Positions 1-10,009 of a stretch of 64,000 nucleotides of DNA are shown in pieces. The notes beneath the pieces were generated by a model that had not been told where the DNA came from, made no database searches, and saw nothing but the letters and a program-made list of their open reading frames with translations. Source of the DNA: Spirochaetales bacterium (lineage in GTDB: Bacteria; Spirochaetota; Spirochaetia; JABEVK01). Position 1 is the first letter of the stretch; each line of letters begins with the position of its first letter. Location of the stretch: NCBI GenBank assembly GCA_037142615.1, contig JBAXAI010000003.1, positions 96,001-160,000 on the forward strand. Reading direction: 5' to 3'. The translations under genes and the position numbers were made by a program.

Positions 1-1592
1 TTGGCCGCAAAAAGTCCGGTCGAAAGGTCGGTCAGACCCATGACTTCGTACTTGGGCCGCCAGCCGTCGCCCCAACCGAGAAACCGGCTGAGGAAATGCC
101 GCATCTTCATCCCCTCGGGCCCCAGTTTTTCCGAAAGCGACTGCCCCCAGAAGAATGGATTGCCTGTGTCGTGCGTATCAATGGCGTACGCAATCGAGAA
201 CGGGCTCTTGCGACGGCGGTTGAGATCTTCCAAGGTACCCTGCAGCCGGAACGACTTTTCGAGGTGGGGCTGACCAACAACTTCGAGCATGTCGCTGCCC
301 AGCAGCAGGTCGTAGCCGATACCGGCGTAGTCTTCGGCCTCGTTGCCCATGCGCTCGGCCAGGTGGGCAATGAACGGCTTGCCGGGGCTCTTCGAGCGCC
401 GGATAAACTCCGACAGTACGGCCGGGGTGGGACGGTCCGACAGGGGCCAGTTGCCGTCGGCGTCGAACAGCGAGTCGAACACGTGGTCAACGCTGTCGTG
501 GCGCACAAAGTCGAAGTGGTGGCGGTCGCGCCAGTGAAGAAAAGCGTTGCAGAACAGGTCGAGGGCCACCGGATTGGGCTCGGGCTTCTGGGTAAAGGCC
601 GTACCTTGCAGCGGAAGGTTGTGATAGAAGGCGTAGGGGGTCACGATGTGGTACGCGTGGCTGGAAGAGTCTTGGCCGTGGCGGTTGGTATATTGAAACA
701 GCGGGTAGTTGTCCTGGCTGTTGTAGCCAGCAAAGCGAGGGAGCCCCGTCGAGTCCCAGGCGTTCGCGGGAACCGTCCAATACCCGGCCAGAATAAGCAG
801 TTTGATCGCGTCCTGAAAGGCTTCCCGCTTTTTGGCGAGAATCTCGGCCGAGTCATTTTCTTCCTCATCGAAGGTGTGGAACGAGCGCTCCTTGAGAAAG
901 CCGGTGACCAACGCGCGAACCTCGGCGGCCAGACGCTCCTGAACCTCGCGGGTGTAGATGGCGTCGGGAGTCTGCATCGCATCGAGCCAGTTCTTGTCTT
1001 CGGGAAAAAGCTTGATCCACCGGAAGGCCTCGGGAACCTCGAGCACGGGGATGGAGTATTGCGCGGTATGCGGCTCCAGATCGAACCCAACCCGCTTGTC
1101 GAGCGCGTGGGCAGCCTGGATGAACGCGTCGAGTTGAACCGGCGCTTTGAGCCCGGCCTCGAGAAGGCGGGGATCGACGACCTGGGGAGCGATGGTCTTG
1201 AGGCTACGAATGGCGTACACCGTGCCAAACTCATATTCGGTGAAGGGTGCGAGGTGCAGCGCCTTCACGCGTAACCCGGGAAGGAGTTTTGAGGCCTGCA
1301 GAAAGGTGCCAAACTCGTCGCCCAAACCGGTGGCCCGGATGTTGATAAAGCACGCCGAAGAGTGTGCCAGCCACCCCGAATCGGCCTTGTCGGCCACCGG
1401 GCTGACCGGCACTTTGTTGTCCATGAGCTTCTGGTAGAAAGCGACGATGACCTCATCGGGCAGGGCCAGCAAGTCCTTCTGGGTGCGGGCCAGTTGACCC
1501 TTCTTGAAGTACTCGGCCAAAAGGCCCTCGGCCTGGGCCAGGTGCTCGGGTTTTGGCACCAGAATCTCAGCAATCTTGTTCCAGACGGGCAT
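1..1592 (-). CDS. Divergent GH13 (alpha-amylase family) glycoside hydrolase/transglycosylase; 3' end runs off the window
   Basis: Missing from the ORF track because it has no stop in the window. My translation starts at ATG 1592 after a GAGGAG RBS (MPVWNKIAEIL...) and stays open to the edge. It shows the four GH13 regions: VGFDLEPHT, FDFVRHDSVDH, HLAERMG and IDTHDT. Confidence 0.7.
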   Translation of the reverse strand, partial: MPVWNKIAEILVPKPEHLAQAEGLLAEYFKKGQLARTQKDLLALPDEVIVAFYQKLMDNKVPVSPVADKADSGWLAHSSACFINIRATGLGDEFGTFLQASKLLPGLRVKALHLAPFTEYEFGTVYAIRSLKTIAPQVVDPRLLEAGLKAPVQLDAFIQAAHALDKRVGFDLEPHTAQYSIPVLEVPEAFRWIKLFPEDKNWLDAMQTPDAIYTREVQERLAAEVRALVTGFLKERSFHTFDEEENDSAEILAKKREAFQDAIKLLILAGYWTVPANAWDSTGLPRFAGYNSQDNYPLFQYTNRHGQDSSSHAYHIVTPYAFYHNLPLQGTAFTQKPEPNPVALDLFCNAFLHWRDRHHFDFVRHDSVDHVFDSLFDADGNWPLSDRPTPAVLSEFIRRSKSPGKPFIAHLAERMGNEAEDYAGIGYDLLLGSDMLEVVGQPHLEKSFRLQGTLEDLNRRRKSPFSIAYAIDTHDTGNPFFWGQSLSEKLGPEGMKMRHFLSRFLGWGDGWRPKYEVMGLTDLSTGLFAA

Positions 1593-1642
1593 GGAAACTC
1601 CTCGGGGGTTCGTTGGTATTCTAGCGTTTTAGGGGGATTTTT

Positions 1643-3613
1643 TCAATCCGAGGACTCTTTGAGCCCTTCCCGATAGTCTTCGAGGTAGCGAGACAGTTCC
1701 TCGCTTCGGTCCTTGATCGTGAGGAAGTAGCCTTCCTTCTGGCCGTCGGAAAGGCCCTTGATGCGCGCCAGATCAATTTGCATCTGTTGCAGGTTCTTCA
1801 CGCTGCTGGTGATGCGCAAACCCAGGATTTCCTGCTGTTCGGACAGGTCGTCGAACGACTTCTTTTGCTTGTCGATCTCGGAGAGCGACTTCTCGTACTC
1901 CACCTTGAGCGTAGCCGAGGTCGAAGCCTCGATCTTGCGGCGCAAAACGACTTCTTCGGCCGCGAGGTCCGTAACACCGAACGAACTGACCACCCGGCCA
2001 ATCTCGCGCTCGATGGAAGAAAGCTCGGAGATCTGCTTGACGTAGTTGTCGAGGGTGAGGGTCATATCTTCGCCAAACGGGTTGCCGCCCTTGATGCCCT
2101 GAGCCTGAGCCAGGATGGAATCGCGCAGAGACCGGGCCTTGGCAACAACCGGGTCTTCCGGCTCTCCGGTCGGCACAACAGGAGCAGACTTGTGGCCCGC
2201 AGGACGCACTCCCTTGCCCGAAATACGCGCCCAGACGGCCTTGAAGGACTTTTTGGCCTCGCCGTAGCTGCCCAAGCGGCCCATCACGCCCAGACCCATC
2301 GCGGCGATCGGGATCAGCGGCCAGGGGAAGTCGGAACCGCCGTTCACGAACCAAATGACGCCAAGCAGGACCGACACCGCCGCGTTGCTGACCAGGTGGG
2401 TCTGAAACGAACCCCGGGTTTCCTGAAACTTCCGCAGGGCCCTGTAGTCCTCATCGCCGAGCTCGTCGATCTGTTCCAGTTCCCAGGCGTTGCGTTTGTC
2501 GTTCTTGTAGGCGGCGCGGTGGCTGGCGAGGCCGATACCCCACCCGAACAACGGGTACACGAACCACGGGTAAGCGGCAAGTCCGGAGCCCTGGGTCAAA
2601 TAGCACAAGAAGATCAGGAAGGCGTTGACCAGGACAAACGAACGCAGATGGCCTTGCCAGCCACGCTTCTCCTTCTCGATCTTGCGGAGTTTCTTCTGCC
2701 GGTAGATTTGAAAGGCCGAGGCGGGCGTGCCGTCTTCGTTTTTGAGCTTGGACAGCGGGTCTTGGAAGAAGCTCTCGAGGAACTCACCGGGGTTGCCTTC
2801 GAACTGATGGCGAAGCTGCCGGCGGTTGTCGCGCCACGCGTCGCGCCCCGAACGGTCGGAGTCGCCAAGCTGGCGTTCCACCTGCTCTTCCACTTGCACT
2901 CGAATGTGGCTTCGCAGGTTCTTCCACTCTTCGCGCAGATCACGGAAGTTCGGCGGTGGTCCCCCGGTCGGGGCGGCCCGAGGCTCCGGCTGAGGCGCGC
3001 TGTCGGTCTCGGTTTCAGGTTCCGACTCCGGCACCGACTCCGGAACCTCGGCCGCCTTTTTGGACCGAAGAAACTGGCTGGAATTATTGTCTTCGCCACC
3101 TGGGATGATCTCGTAGGCGTGCACTTCGCGGGTGATGTTCTTGAGGTGCACCTGCCCCATGCTCTCGACCTTCATGGGAATCTTGCCCGACACCTGACTG
3201 TACACTTCGCGGCTGATGGTGATGTGGCCGGGCTTGGTGGCCGACTGCAGGCGGCTGGCGATGTTGATGCCCTCGCCCAGAGCATCGTTTTCGTAAAAGT
3301 AGATGTCGCCCAGATGCACGCCGATGCGCAGGGTCAGCGGCTTGCCGATCTTGGCCTCGTTATATTCCTGGATGGCGTTTTGGACAGCGAGGGAACAATG
3401 GACCGCGTCGAGAGTGGTGCTGAACTGCGCGAGGAAGGCGTCGCCGATGGTCTTGATGACACTGCCCCGGTACTTTTCGACCTGTTCGCGCACCAGTTTG
3501 TTGTGGAAGTCGAGGGTTTTGAGGGTTCCCGGTTCGTCTTCTTCCATCATCCGGCTGAAGCCAACGATGTCGGTAAACATGATGGCCGCGAGGCGGTAGT
3601 CCTTGTGTTCCAT
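1643..3613 (-). CDS. Class III adenylate cyclase with two 2TM hairpin domains and a C-terminal coiled coil
   Basis: Likely start MEHKDYRL at 3613. Cyclase motifs FTDIVGFS, KTIGDAF, RIGVHLGD and NDALGEGINIASRLQ. Two 2TM-like units (HLRSFVLVN...WFVYPLFGWGIGLASH and HLVSNAAVS...WPLIPIAAMGLG). Confidence 0.85.
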   Translation of the reverse strand: MEHKDYRLAAIMFTDIVGFSRMMEEDEPGTLKTLDFHNKLVREQVEKYRGSVIKTIGDAFLAQFSTTLDAVHCSLAVQNAIQEYNEAKIGKPLTLRIGVHLGDIYFYENDALGEGINIASRLQSATKPGHITISREVYSQVSGKIPMKVESMGQVHLKNITREVHAYEIIPGGEDNNSSQFLRSKKAAEVPESVPESEPETETDSAPQPEPRAAPTGGPPPNFRDLREEWKNLRSHIRVQVEEQVERQLGDSDRSGRDAWRDNRRQLRHQFEGNPGEFLESFFQDPLSKLKNEDGTPASAFQIYRQKKLRKIEKEKRGWQGHLRSFVLVNAFLIFLCYLTQGSGLAAYPWFVYPLFGWGIGLASHRAAYKNDKRNAWELEQIDELGDEDYRALRKFQETRGSFQTHLVSNAAVSVLLGVIWFVNGGSDFPWPLIPIAAMGLGVMGRLGSYGEAKKSFKAVWARISGKGVRPAGHKSAPVVPTGEPEDPVVAKARSLRDSILAQAQGIKGGNPFGEDMTLTLDNYVKQISELSSIEREIGRVVSSFGVTDLAAEEVVLRRKIEASTSATLKVEYEKSLSEIDKQKKSFDDLSEQQEILGLRITSSVKNLQQMQIDLARIKGLSDGQKEGYFLTIKDRSEELSRYLEDYREGLKESSD

Positions 3614-3651
3614 GCCGCCATGATGCGGGGATCGTCCCTCCGGGTCAAGAC

Positions 3652-4419
3652 TTAGGCGATTTGGGACCGGGCCAGCTCCAAGCTTTGCTCCACCTTTTCG
3701 CGCGGCACCGTGGTCAGTGAGTTGAAGGGCAGAGTCAGCGCATGCTCGAGGAGTTCCACGGCGGTTTCGGGGTTTTCGAGTCGCAGGGCTACCTGGGCCG
3801 CGCCGTACCACGCCTCGGGGAACTTGGGCTCGAGCGCGAGCAGGGCCTCGTACGACTCCTGGGCCTTTTCGAGATTGTCCTGGCGCAGATAGAGCGACGC
3901 CAGATTGTCGAGGATCACTTTGCCGCTGGGCGACCACGCGTGGGCTTCCAGGCACACGACCTCGGCCGCAGCCAGGTCACCGGCCTCGAGCAGGAACCAG
4001 CCGAGGTTGCCGTACAGCGAGGCGGTCTTGTAGCCGGAGGCGTGGAGGCCTTGGAGCAAGGCCAGCGCCTCGGGAAGGTGGCCCTGCTTCCAAAGTACCA
4101 GCGACTGGTAGGTTTTGAGCAGGTTGTGGTCGGCCGGTTTAAGCGGCTTTCGGCTGCGGGCCAGCCCCTCGCGTTCGTACGTGGCCAGCAGTTCGTCGGC
4201 CTGCGCGGTTTCGCCGGCCTTGAGCAACTGGTAGGCGTAGCTGGCCACCATGCCCGGGTTCAGTTGGCGAATTTTCCAAGTGCGGCCGAACCAGACCAGA
4301 GTCTTGGCTTCGTCTTTGCGGACGAAGGCGCGGTTGGCCAGAAAAAGGAAGATGAGACCGCGGCGCAGGTACAGCACCAAAGCCACGACGGCAAGCAAAA
4401 CAACGGTGATCGGATCCAT
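3652..4419 (-). CDS. Membrane-anchored tetratricopeptide repeat protein
   Basis: N-terminal hydrophobic helix. TPR-like helices (LYGNLGWFLLEAGDLAAAE, ILDNLASLYLRQDNLEKAQESYEALLALEPKFPEAWYGAA). Confidence 0.8.
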   Translation of the reverse strand: MDPITVVLLAVVALVLYLRRGLIFLFLANRAFVRKDEAKTLVWFGRTWKIRQLNPGMVASYAYQLLKAGETAQADELLATYEREGLARSRKPLKPADHNLLKTYQSLVLWKQGHLPEALALLQGLHASGYKTASLYGNLGWFLLEAGDLAAAEVVCLEAHAWSPSGKVILDNLASLYLRQDNLEKAQESYEALLALEPKFPEAWYGAAQVALRLENPETAVELLEHALTLPFNSLTTVPREKVEQSLELARSQIA

Positions 4420-4460
4420 GGGGGGAGTTTAGCACAAAGGCCCCGCTCCCCCCAATTGAC

Positions 4461-6188
4461 TTAGCGACCGCTGCCAATGCTCACGAACAGGCTCCAGTGC
4501 GTGCGCTCGGTGGGGACCATCGTGTACATCCGCAGGTCACCCATACCGCGCGCCTTGGGGCTGAAGTTCAGCTGGGCGACGTGGTCGTTGTCGTCCACGA
4601 TCTCGGAGCGGGCCAGAACTTTCCCTTGGCTGTCGCGCACGTCAAAGAACGGTCCGAAGGCCCCGTTGCCCGAAAAGCTCCACTGACCATAACTCGGGTC
4701 GAACGCCATCGGGATGAGGGACTCCTGGTTGAACGCGTCGCCTTCCAGGTCACCTTCGAGCGAGAACGAGGTCTCCTGAAGGTCAAAGCCGTAGCGACCG
4801 GGCGCCTTTGCCCCTGCCTGGAGCACGAACAGGAACAGGGGACCCCGCACCGGCTGCTCGACCCAGAACCGCTGGAAGTTGCCCACCGTTTCGGCCATCC
4901 CCACGGGAGCACCCCTGGAATCCAGCAGGAACAGACGGTACTCCGAGGGCTTGGCCACCCCCGAAACGCTCAGATTGAACGTGGCGTTGATATCGAGTTC
5001 GAAGCGGTACGCGTCCACGGCCTTGCTGTTCAAGGCAAAGTCCTTGTCGTCGAGGGCGCCGGTGAGCGAGATCACGCCACCCTTGGGCCGCTGCAGCACG
5101 GGAGCGAGGGCCTTCGAGGAACTGGCCGCCCGCCAGAGGCTGGTGATCAAGGCGTCGTCCTCAGCGCCGGTTCCCACAAACTCGGGCTCGTCGGGAACGG
5201 GGTCTGGTGTGCGGGCCTGTGAAGGGCTCGGTTGCCTCACAAGAATCTCGAGCGAGGTGACCTTCACTTCCTTGCCGCCAATCGAAACGAAGGCGTCGTG
5301 CGTGCCACCGTGCAGTTTGCCGGGCACCAGAGCCTTATCGACCTTGGACCGGATGGCAAACAGCGTGGTGCCGTCAGACTGCTGGCCGGCCGGAACGGCG
5401 TTGGGAGGAATTGGCTGGCGGGCATCGTAGGGAAGCCACACGCCGCGACCCACATAGAGCTCGAACGACTTCACGGGGTTTTCCTTGCCGCCCCAGGGAA
5501 CGTAGGCTGACTTGGCCTTGGGGTTGAACTTTCCAGGAATGATATCGCCCTGAAACAGCGCGCGGATGAGGAAACTGGGCGTGCCGTCGGGTGAGGTTCC
5601 TGCGGCGACGGCGGCGGCGGCATTGTTGCTCGTATCGACGGGCACCCACTCGGGAGAGGTGGGAGCAGGGGCAGGCGCGGGTGCCGGCGGTGTGCGGTCG
5701 ACCACCAGAATCTCGTACTTCTTCACCTCGAGCTCGTTGCCGCCCCACGGAATATAGGCCTGACCGGTGGCCGAATTGTACTTGCCGGGGACCAACGCTT
5801 TGCCTTGCGGTGCGCGGATGAGCAGCAGGGGCGTCCCATCGGCCTCCTGTCCGCCAACCACGGCGTTGTCCGGGGCCCGTTGACCCGCCGAAAGGGCAAC
5901 CCAGCGACCCTTGCCGACGTAGAGCTCAAAGTTGACCACCGGGTTCTCGACGCCCCCCCAAGGTACGTAGGCGCCTTTGGATTTGGGGATGAACTTGCCT
6001 GGGGTCAGACCTCCCTCGAAGGGGGCACGGATGATGTAGACGGGGCTGCCGTCGGCCTCGTTGCCGGCCTGGAGCGCGCCGCCCGCAGCTGACTTGGTGT
6101 TGGCCCCAACCCAATCCTGGGCTGAAACTCCGCCCATCGAGACCAAAACAAAAAGCGCCGTCACAAAAAACGTTTTTGAGTTTATCAT
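4461..6188 (-). CDS. Secreted protein with four DM9 (DUF3421) lectin-like repeats and C-terminal PPC-like beta domains
   Basis: Signal peptide MINSKTFFVTALFVLVSMGGVSA-Q. Four ~70-aa repeats (WV...A..G...DG.P...IRA......PGK.......A(Y/F)..(W/I)GG.E......E..V) in two pairs joined by a PAPAPAP linker. Confidence 0.8.
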   Translation of the reverse strand: MINSKTFFVTALFVLVSMGGVSAQDWVGANTKSAAGGALQAGNEADGSPVYIIRAPFEGGLTPGKFIPKSKGAYVPWGGVENPVVNFELYVGKGRWVALSAGQRAPDNAVVGGQEADGTPLLLIRAPQGKALVPGKYNSATGQAYIPWGGNELEVKKYEILVVDRTPPAPAPAPAPTSPEWVPVDTSNNAAAAVAAGTSPDGTPSFLIRALFQGDIIPGKFNPKAKSAYVPWGGKENPVKSFELYVGRGVWLPYDARQPIPPNAVPAGQQSDGTTLFAIRSKVDKALVPGKLHGGTHDAFVSIGGKEVKVTSLEILVRQPSPSQARTPDPVPDEPEFVGTGAEDDALITSLWRAASSSKALAPVLQRPKGGVISLTGALDDKDFALNSKAVDAYRFELDINATFNLSVSGVAKPSEYRLFLLDSRGAPVGMAETVGNFQRFWVEQPVRGPLFLFVLQAGAKAPGRYGFDLQETSFSLEGDLEGDAFNQESLIPMAFDPSYGQWSFSGNGAFGPFFDVRDSQGKVLARSEIVDDNDHVAQLNFSPKARGMGDLRMYTMVPTERTHWSLFVSIGSGR

Positions 6189-6189
6189 G

Positions 6190-6206
6190 CTGACAAGATT
6201 AGTCAG
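6190..6206. promoter_or_regulatory. Inverted repeat CTGAC-N7-GTCAG in the 34-bp divergent gap
   Basis: ctgac aagatta gtcag. It overlaps a minus-strand TAATCT -10 hexamer 7 nt before the DM9 ATG. Confidence 0.4.
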
Positions 6207-6222
6207 AAATAAGGAAGTTGCC

Positions 6223-7386
6223 ATGAAAATCGTGCACAACCTATCTTGGGCGTTCGGCAGACTTGTGCTTTTTGCACTTCTGGGCCTGGTGCCCCATCTG
6301 GGTCTAGCCGCTGAAAAGCGCGTTGCGCTGGTGATCGGCAACAGCAACTACCAGTTTAACCCCGTCCTCAAAAACCCCGCCAACGATGCTTCCGACATGG
6401 CGGCTTCGCTCCAGAAGGTGGGCTTCAGCGTTACCTTGCTCATCGACGGAACCCGGGCCTCAATGGAAAAGGCCGTGCGCGACTTCGGCGCCTCGCTCAA
6501 GGGCGAAGAGACAATCGGAATGCTGTACTACAGCGGTCACGGCGCCCAGTCAGAAGGGCAGAACTACCTGTTGCCCGTGGACTCCGACATTCAAGCCGAA
6601 GACGAACTGGCCTACAAGGCAGTCGACTCGGAGTCCATTTTGGCCAAGATGCGCTCTGCCAACAACAAACTCAACATCGTCGTGCTCGACGCCTGCCGCA
6701 ACAACCCCTTCCCCGGGGCCAGCCGAGCCGCCGCGCGGGGACTCACCGCCGTCAAGATCAAGGTTCCCGAAGCGCTGATCATTTACTCGACCGATCCGGG
6801 AGCGGTGGCCGCCGACGGCGACGGGCGCAACAGCCCGTTCACTGCGGCCTTCTTGCAGCAACTTGAGGTGCCAGAACAGGATGTTTCGATCATGATTCGC
6901 CGGGTGGCAGCCAGCGTGCAAAAGGCCACGGCCGGTGCCCAGACGCCGTGGGTGAGCAGCAACCTGACGCAGGACTTCTCGTTCCTGCCTGGTGCTGGCG
7001 GCAACCGGACCCCGGCCCCCGTAGCGGCCCCGGTCGCTCCAACAACCCCGGTGCCAGCCGTCCTGGCCAACACGCAACTGTTTGAAGGCACGCTCGACAT
7101 TTTCGACACCGCCGACCCGGCCGTGTTTGGCAACCACATCGACACCGTTGACTTTGACGCCAGCGAGAATGCGACCTACACGTTGGTGGCCGACTCGAAG
7201 GACTTCAACACCGACTTGGTCGTCGTCGACAGCACGGGTACCGTCGTCAAATCGCGCAAGTCGGCTTCGGGGAACAAGACCACGCTCATCGTCACCAGTC
7301 CGGTCACCGACTTTTTGACGGCGCAGATCAAGTGCGACGGCAATTGGCCGAGCGGAGCCTGGACGCTCAGCGTGACGAAGAAGTAG
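6223..7386 (+). CDS. Exported caspase-like protease (peptidase C14) with Pro/Ala linker and C-terminal PPC-like domain
   Basis: AAGGA RBS and a signal peptide ending GLA-AE. RVALVIGNSNY...LKNPANDA, catalytic His (YYSGHG) and catalytic Cys (VLDACRNNP). Confidence 0.88.
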   Translation: MKIVHNLSWAFGRLVLFALLGLVPHLGLAAEKRVALVIGNSNYQFNPVLKNPANDASDMAASLQKVGFSVTLLIDGTRASMEKAVRDFGASLKGEETIGMLYYSGHGAQSEGQNYLLPVDSDIQAEDELAYKAVDSESILAKMRSANNKLNIVVLDACRNNPFPGASRAAARGLTAVKIKVPEALIIYSTDPGAVAADGDGRNSPFTAAFLQQLEVPEQDVSIMIRRVAASVQKATAGAQTPWVSSNLTQDFSFLPGAGGNRTPAPVAAPVAPTTPVPAVLANTQLFEGTLDIFDTADPAVFGNHIDTVDFDASENATYTLVADSKDFNTDLVVVDSTGTVVKSRKSASGNKTTLIVTSPVTDFLTAQIKCDGNWPSGAWTLSVTKK

Positions 7387-7457
7387 GGGGCGAGCCAGTG
7401 GCCACCTTCGGTAGGTTTGCTCTGGTTTTCGAGAGGTGGAGATACTAGATTTATAAA

Positions 7458-9981
7458 ATGAGTCAAGAACTGGGACTTGGAGTGGCAACGATCTTCATTG
7501 CACTCTATCTGGCAGTGATCGTTACCGTGTCGGGGTTCCTCCACGCGGCACGGGGTCAGGCGCGAAACGTCACCGGGGCTTGGCATGCGGCCAACCTGTT
7601 CATGTTGGGTGGAACGGTGGTCAACGGCCTGAGGCTGTTGTCCTTTCTCGACCCGGCGCCCTTCGTTTTGGTCTCCAACCTGATGCTCCTGCTGGGCTTT
7701 CGAATGCACGTGACCGGACTGGTGCGCCTGCTGGACCAAAAGACGTCGTCGGTTGCCTCGGCTGCTATTGTTGCGGTAGCCACCTTGGGAATCGCCTATT
7801 TCACCTTTGTCTGGGGCTATCAGTAGTTGCGGGCCATGCTTTTTTCGCTGGCGATGCTGGGCCTCATCGCTCTTGCATTCGCCGCGATATGGCGCTCTCG
7901 CAAGGGCTCCTTGGCACCAAATCTCTTTCCCACGGTTCTTTTTTATGCGTTGTCGGGCCTCCTCTACCTCATTTGGAGTAGCTTGCCGCTCTGGAGCGGC
8001 CCAACCACCGATCTCCGCGCCGTGATTGGCCTACACAACTCGGCCTATGGTCTGTCGGCAACGCTGATCCTTACCGGCCTTACTTTGTCAGAGTTCCTCC
8101 TCCTTTACAGCCAGTCGCTCCTGCGGGAGCAGACAAAATCCACCCTTCTGACTTCGTTGCTCGATACAGTACCCGACCTGGTCTGGATGAAGGATCCGCA
8201 GGGAGCCTACGTTGTTTTCAACCGTCGACTCGAAGAAAGCATGGGCCGCAAGGCTGAGCAGATCCTCGGCAAAACCGACTTTGAGTTGATTGGACACGAG
8301 CGAGCCGTGGGGGCTGCCGAGTTGGACGCAAGCGCGATCGCGTCGGGAAAGTTGGTCAAACGGGAAGTCGAGGTCCTATTCCTGAACGACCAACACACAG
8401 AAATCCACGAGATCATCAAGGCGCCGGTGAGATCTCCCGACGGGCAATTGCTGGGGGTTCTCGGTTTCGGCCGAGACATGACCGAGCGCCTGCGGTCCGA
8501 GCAGGCTCTAAAAGCGAGCGAAGCGTGGTTTCAGGCGCTCATCTACCAGGCTCCCCTCGCAGTGAGCATCACCCAAGGGAGCACCATCCGGCATGCCAAC
8601 CGAGTTTTTTCTGCTGTGCTTGGGCTTCCTTGCGACGAGTCACTGACAGGTCGTTCCATCTTCGAGTTCTTGGCAGAGTCCGCACACGACGCCGCCAGGC
8701 AAATACTGAAGAGCTTCGAGTCGGGCGAAGCGCACGCGGTCAGGTTCGAGACTCAGGGACAACGGCAAGATGGTTCTGTCTTCCCTGTGCTCATCCATGC
8801 AGCCCTCGTGGAGTTGCCGGGAGAGGTCGCGGTCCTATCGTTCATCCAGGATCTCACCACCGAAAAGCTCGCCGCCGACCGCGAGGCCCAGCTTCAGGAA
8901 CACCGGGTGCAAGCACAGAAGATGGAGAGCCTGGGCAGCTTGGCCGGTGGGATCGCCCACAACATCAACAACACCTTGGCGGCCATTCTGAATCTGTCCT
9001 CGGTGTCGCTGACCCTTGTTGGTGAGGGGTCGCCCGCAGCCCGGCACCTAAACACCATCATGCGCGCAGTCGAACGCGGGGCCAAGACGGTAAAGAGCCT
9101 ACTCGGCTTTGCCAGGCAGACACCGCTCGAGCTCGTAGCGATCGACCTAGAGAACCTGATTCAAGGTCAAATACAGCTTTTGCAAGGAATTATTCCAGCA
9201 AATATTGAGCTCAGGGTCGTACTTCTTCCAGGCGTACCTCCCATTTTTGGGGAACCAGCCACGCTTTCGACAGACCGCCCTGATGAACCTGTGCGTGAAC
9301 GCCCTTGATGCCATGCCCGAAGGAGGCACGCTGACGCTCAGCGCGAAAAAGCTTCCCGACAACCGCGTAGAGGTGGTGGTCGCCGACACCGGCATCGGTA
9401 TGTCGCCCGAGATTCGCGCGCGTGCGCTCGACCTGTTCTTCACCACCAAGCCCGAAGGAAAGGGCACGGGCATGGGGCTCGCACTGGCTTACTCGACGGT
9501 GAAGGCCCATCGAGGCCATTTGAAAATCGAGAGCACGCAAGGGCAAGGCACGCGCATTCTCATGACGTTTCCGTCCGGCCCAGCGGTTCGTGCCGGTCGT
9601 CCTAGCGAGGCGGAGTTGGAACAGTCCGCCCGGTCGTGGAAGATTCTGGTAGTTGATGACGACGAGCTCGTGCGGGAAGCTCTGTGCGAAAGCCTGCGCT
9701 TATTGGGGCACGAAACCGAAGACGTCGAGAGTGGCGAGGCCGCCCTGGCGAGAGTTCGCGCCGGAGCCCGACCCGACCGTGTGATCCTCGACCTGAACAT
9801 GCCCGGGCTCGGTGGCCGAGGCACCTTGCCCCTCCTGCGAGAGTTGCTGCCGACGGTCCCAGTGGTGCTATCGACGGGTCAACAGGACCCTTCGGTGTTG
9901 GCTCTCGCCTCGTCGATGACGCAAGTGGGCCTGCTTCCCAAGCCCTATTCCGTCGCACAGTTGCAGGAGGCTCTGAGATGA
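7458..9981 (+). pseudogene. Disrupted hybrid sensor histidine kinase (multi-TM, 2 PAS, HisKA, HATPase, receiver)
   Basis: ORFs 7458-7826 and 7827-9308 share a frame and are split by one TAG. A frameshift near 9270 splits PATLS from TALMNLCVNALDAM. Motifs LAGGIAHNINN, FFTTKPEGKGTGMGL, ILVVDDD...DLNMP. Confidence 0.8.
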
Positions 9982-10009
9982 ATCGCCTTGGCGATGGGAA
10001 CCCCTTCCA

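Noticed and set aside
96-1274. Long plus-strand ORF, and similar long antisense ORFs (1778-3655, 12150-13286, 23934-25433, 43467-44954, 58752-60335)
   Set aside because: These are shadow frames of real genes on the opposite strand, expected at high GC3. They carry no recognisable motifs.
7821-7829. Programmed amber readthrough (pyrrolysine) in the kinase
   Set aside because: There are no pyl genes in the window, TAG is a normal stop here, and the same gene also has a frameshift.
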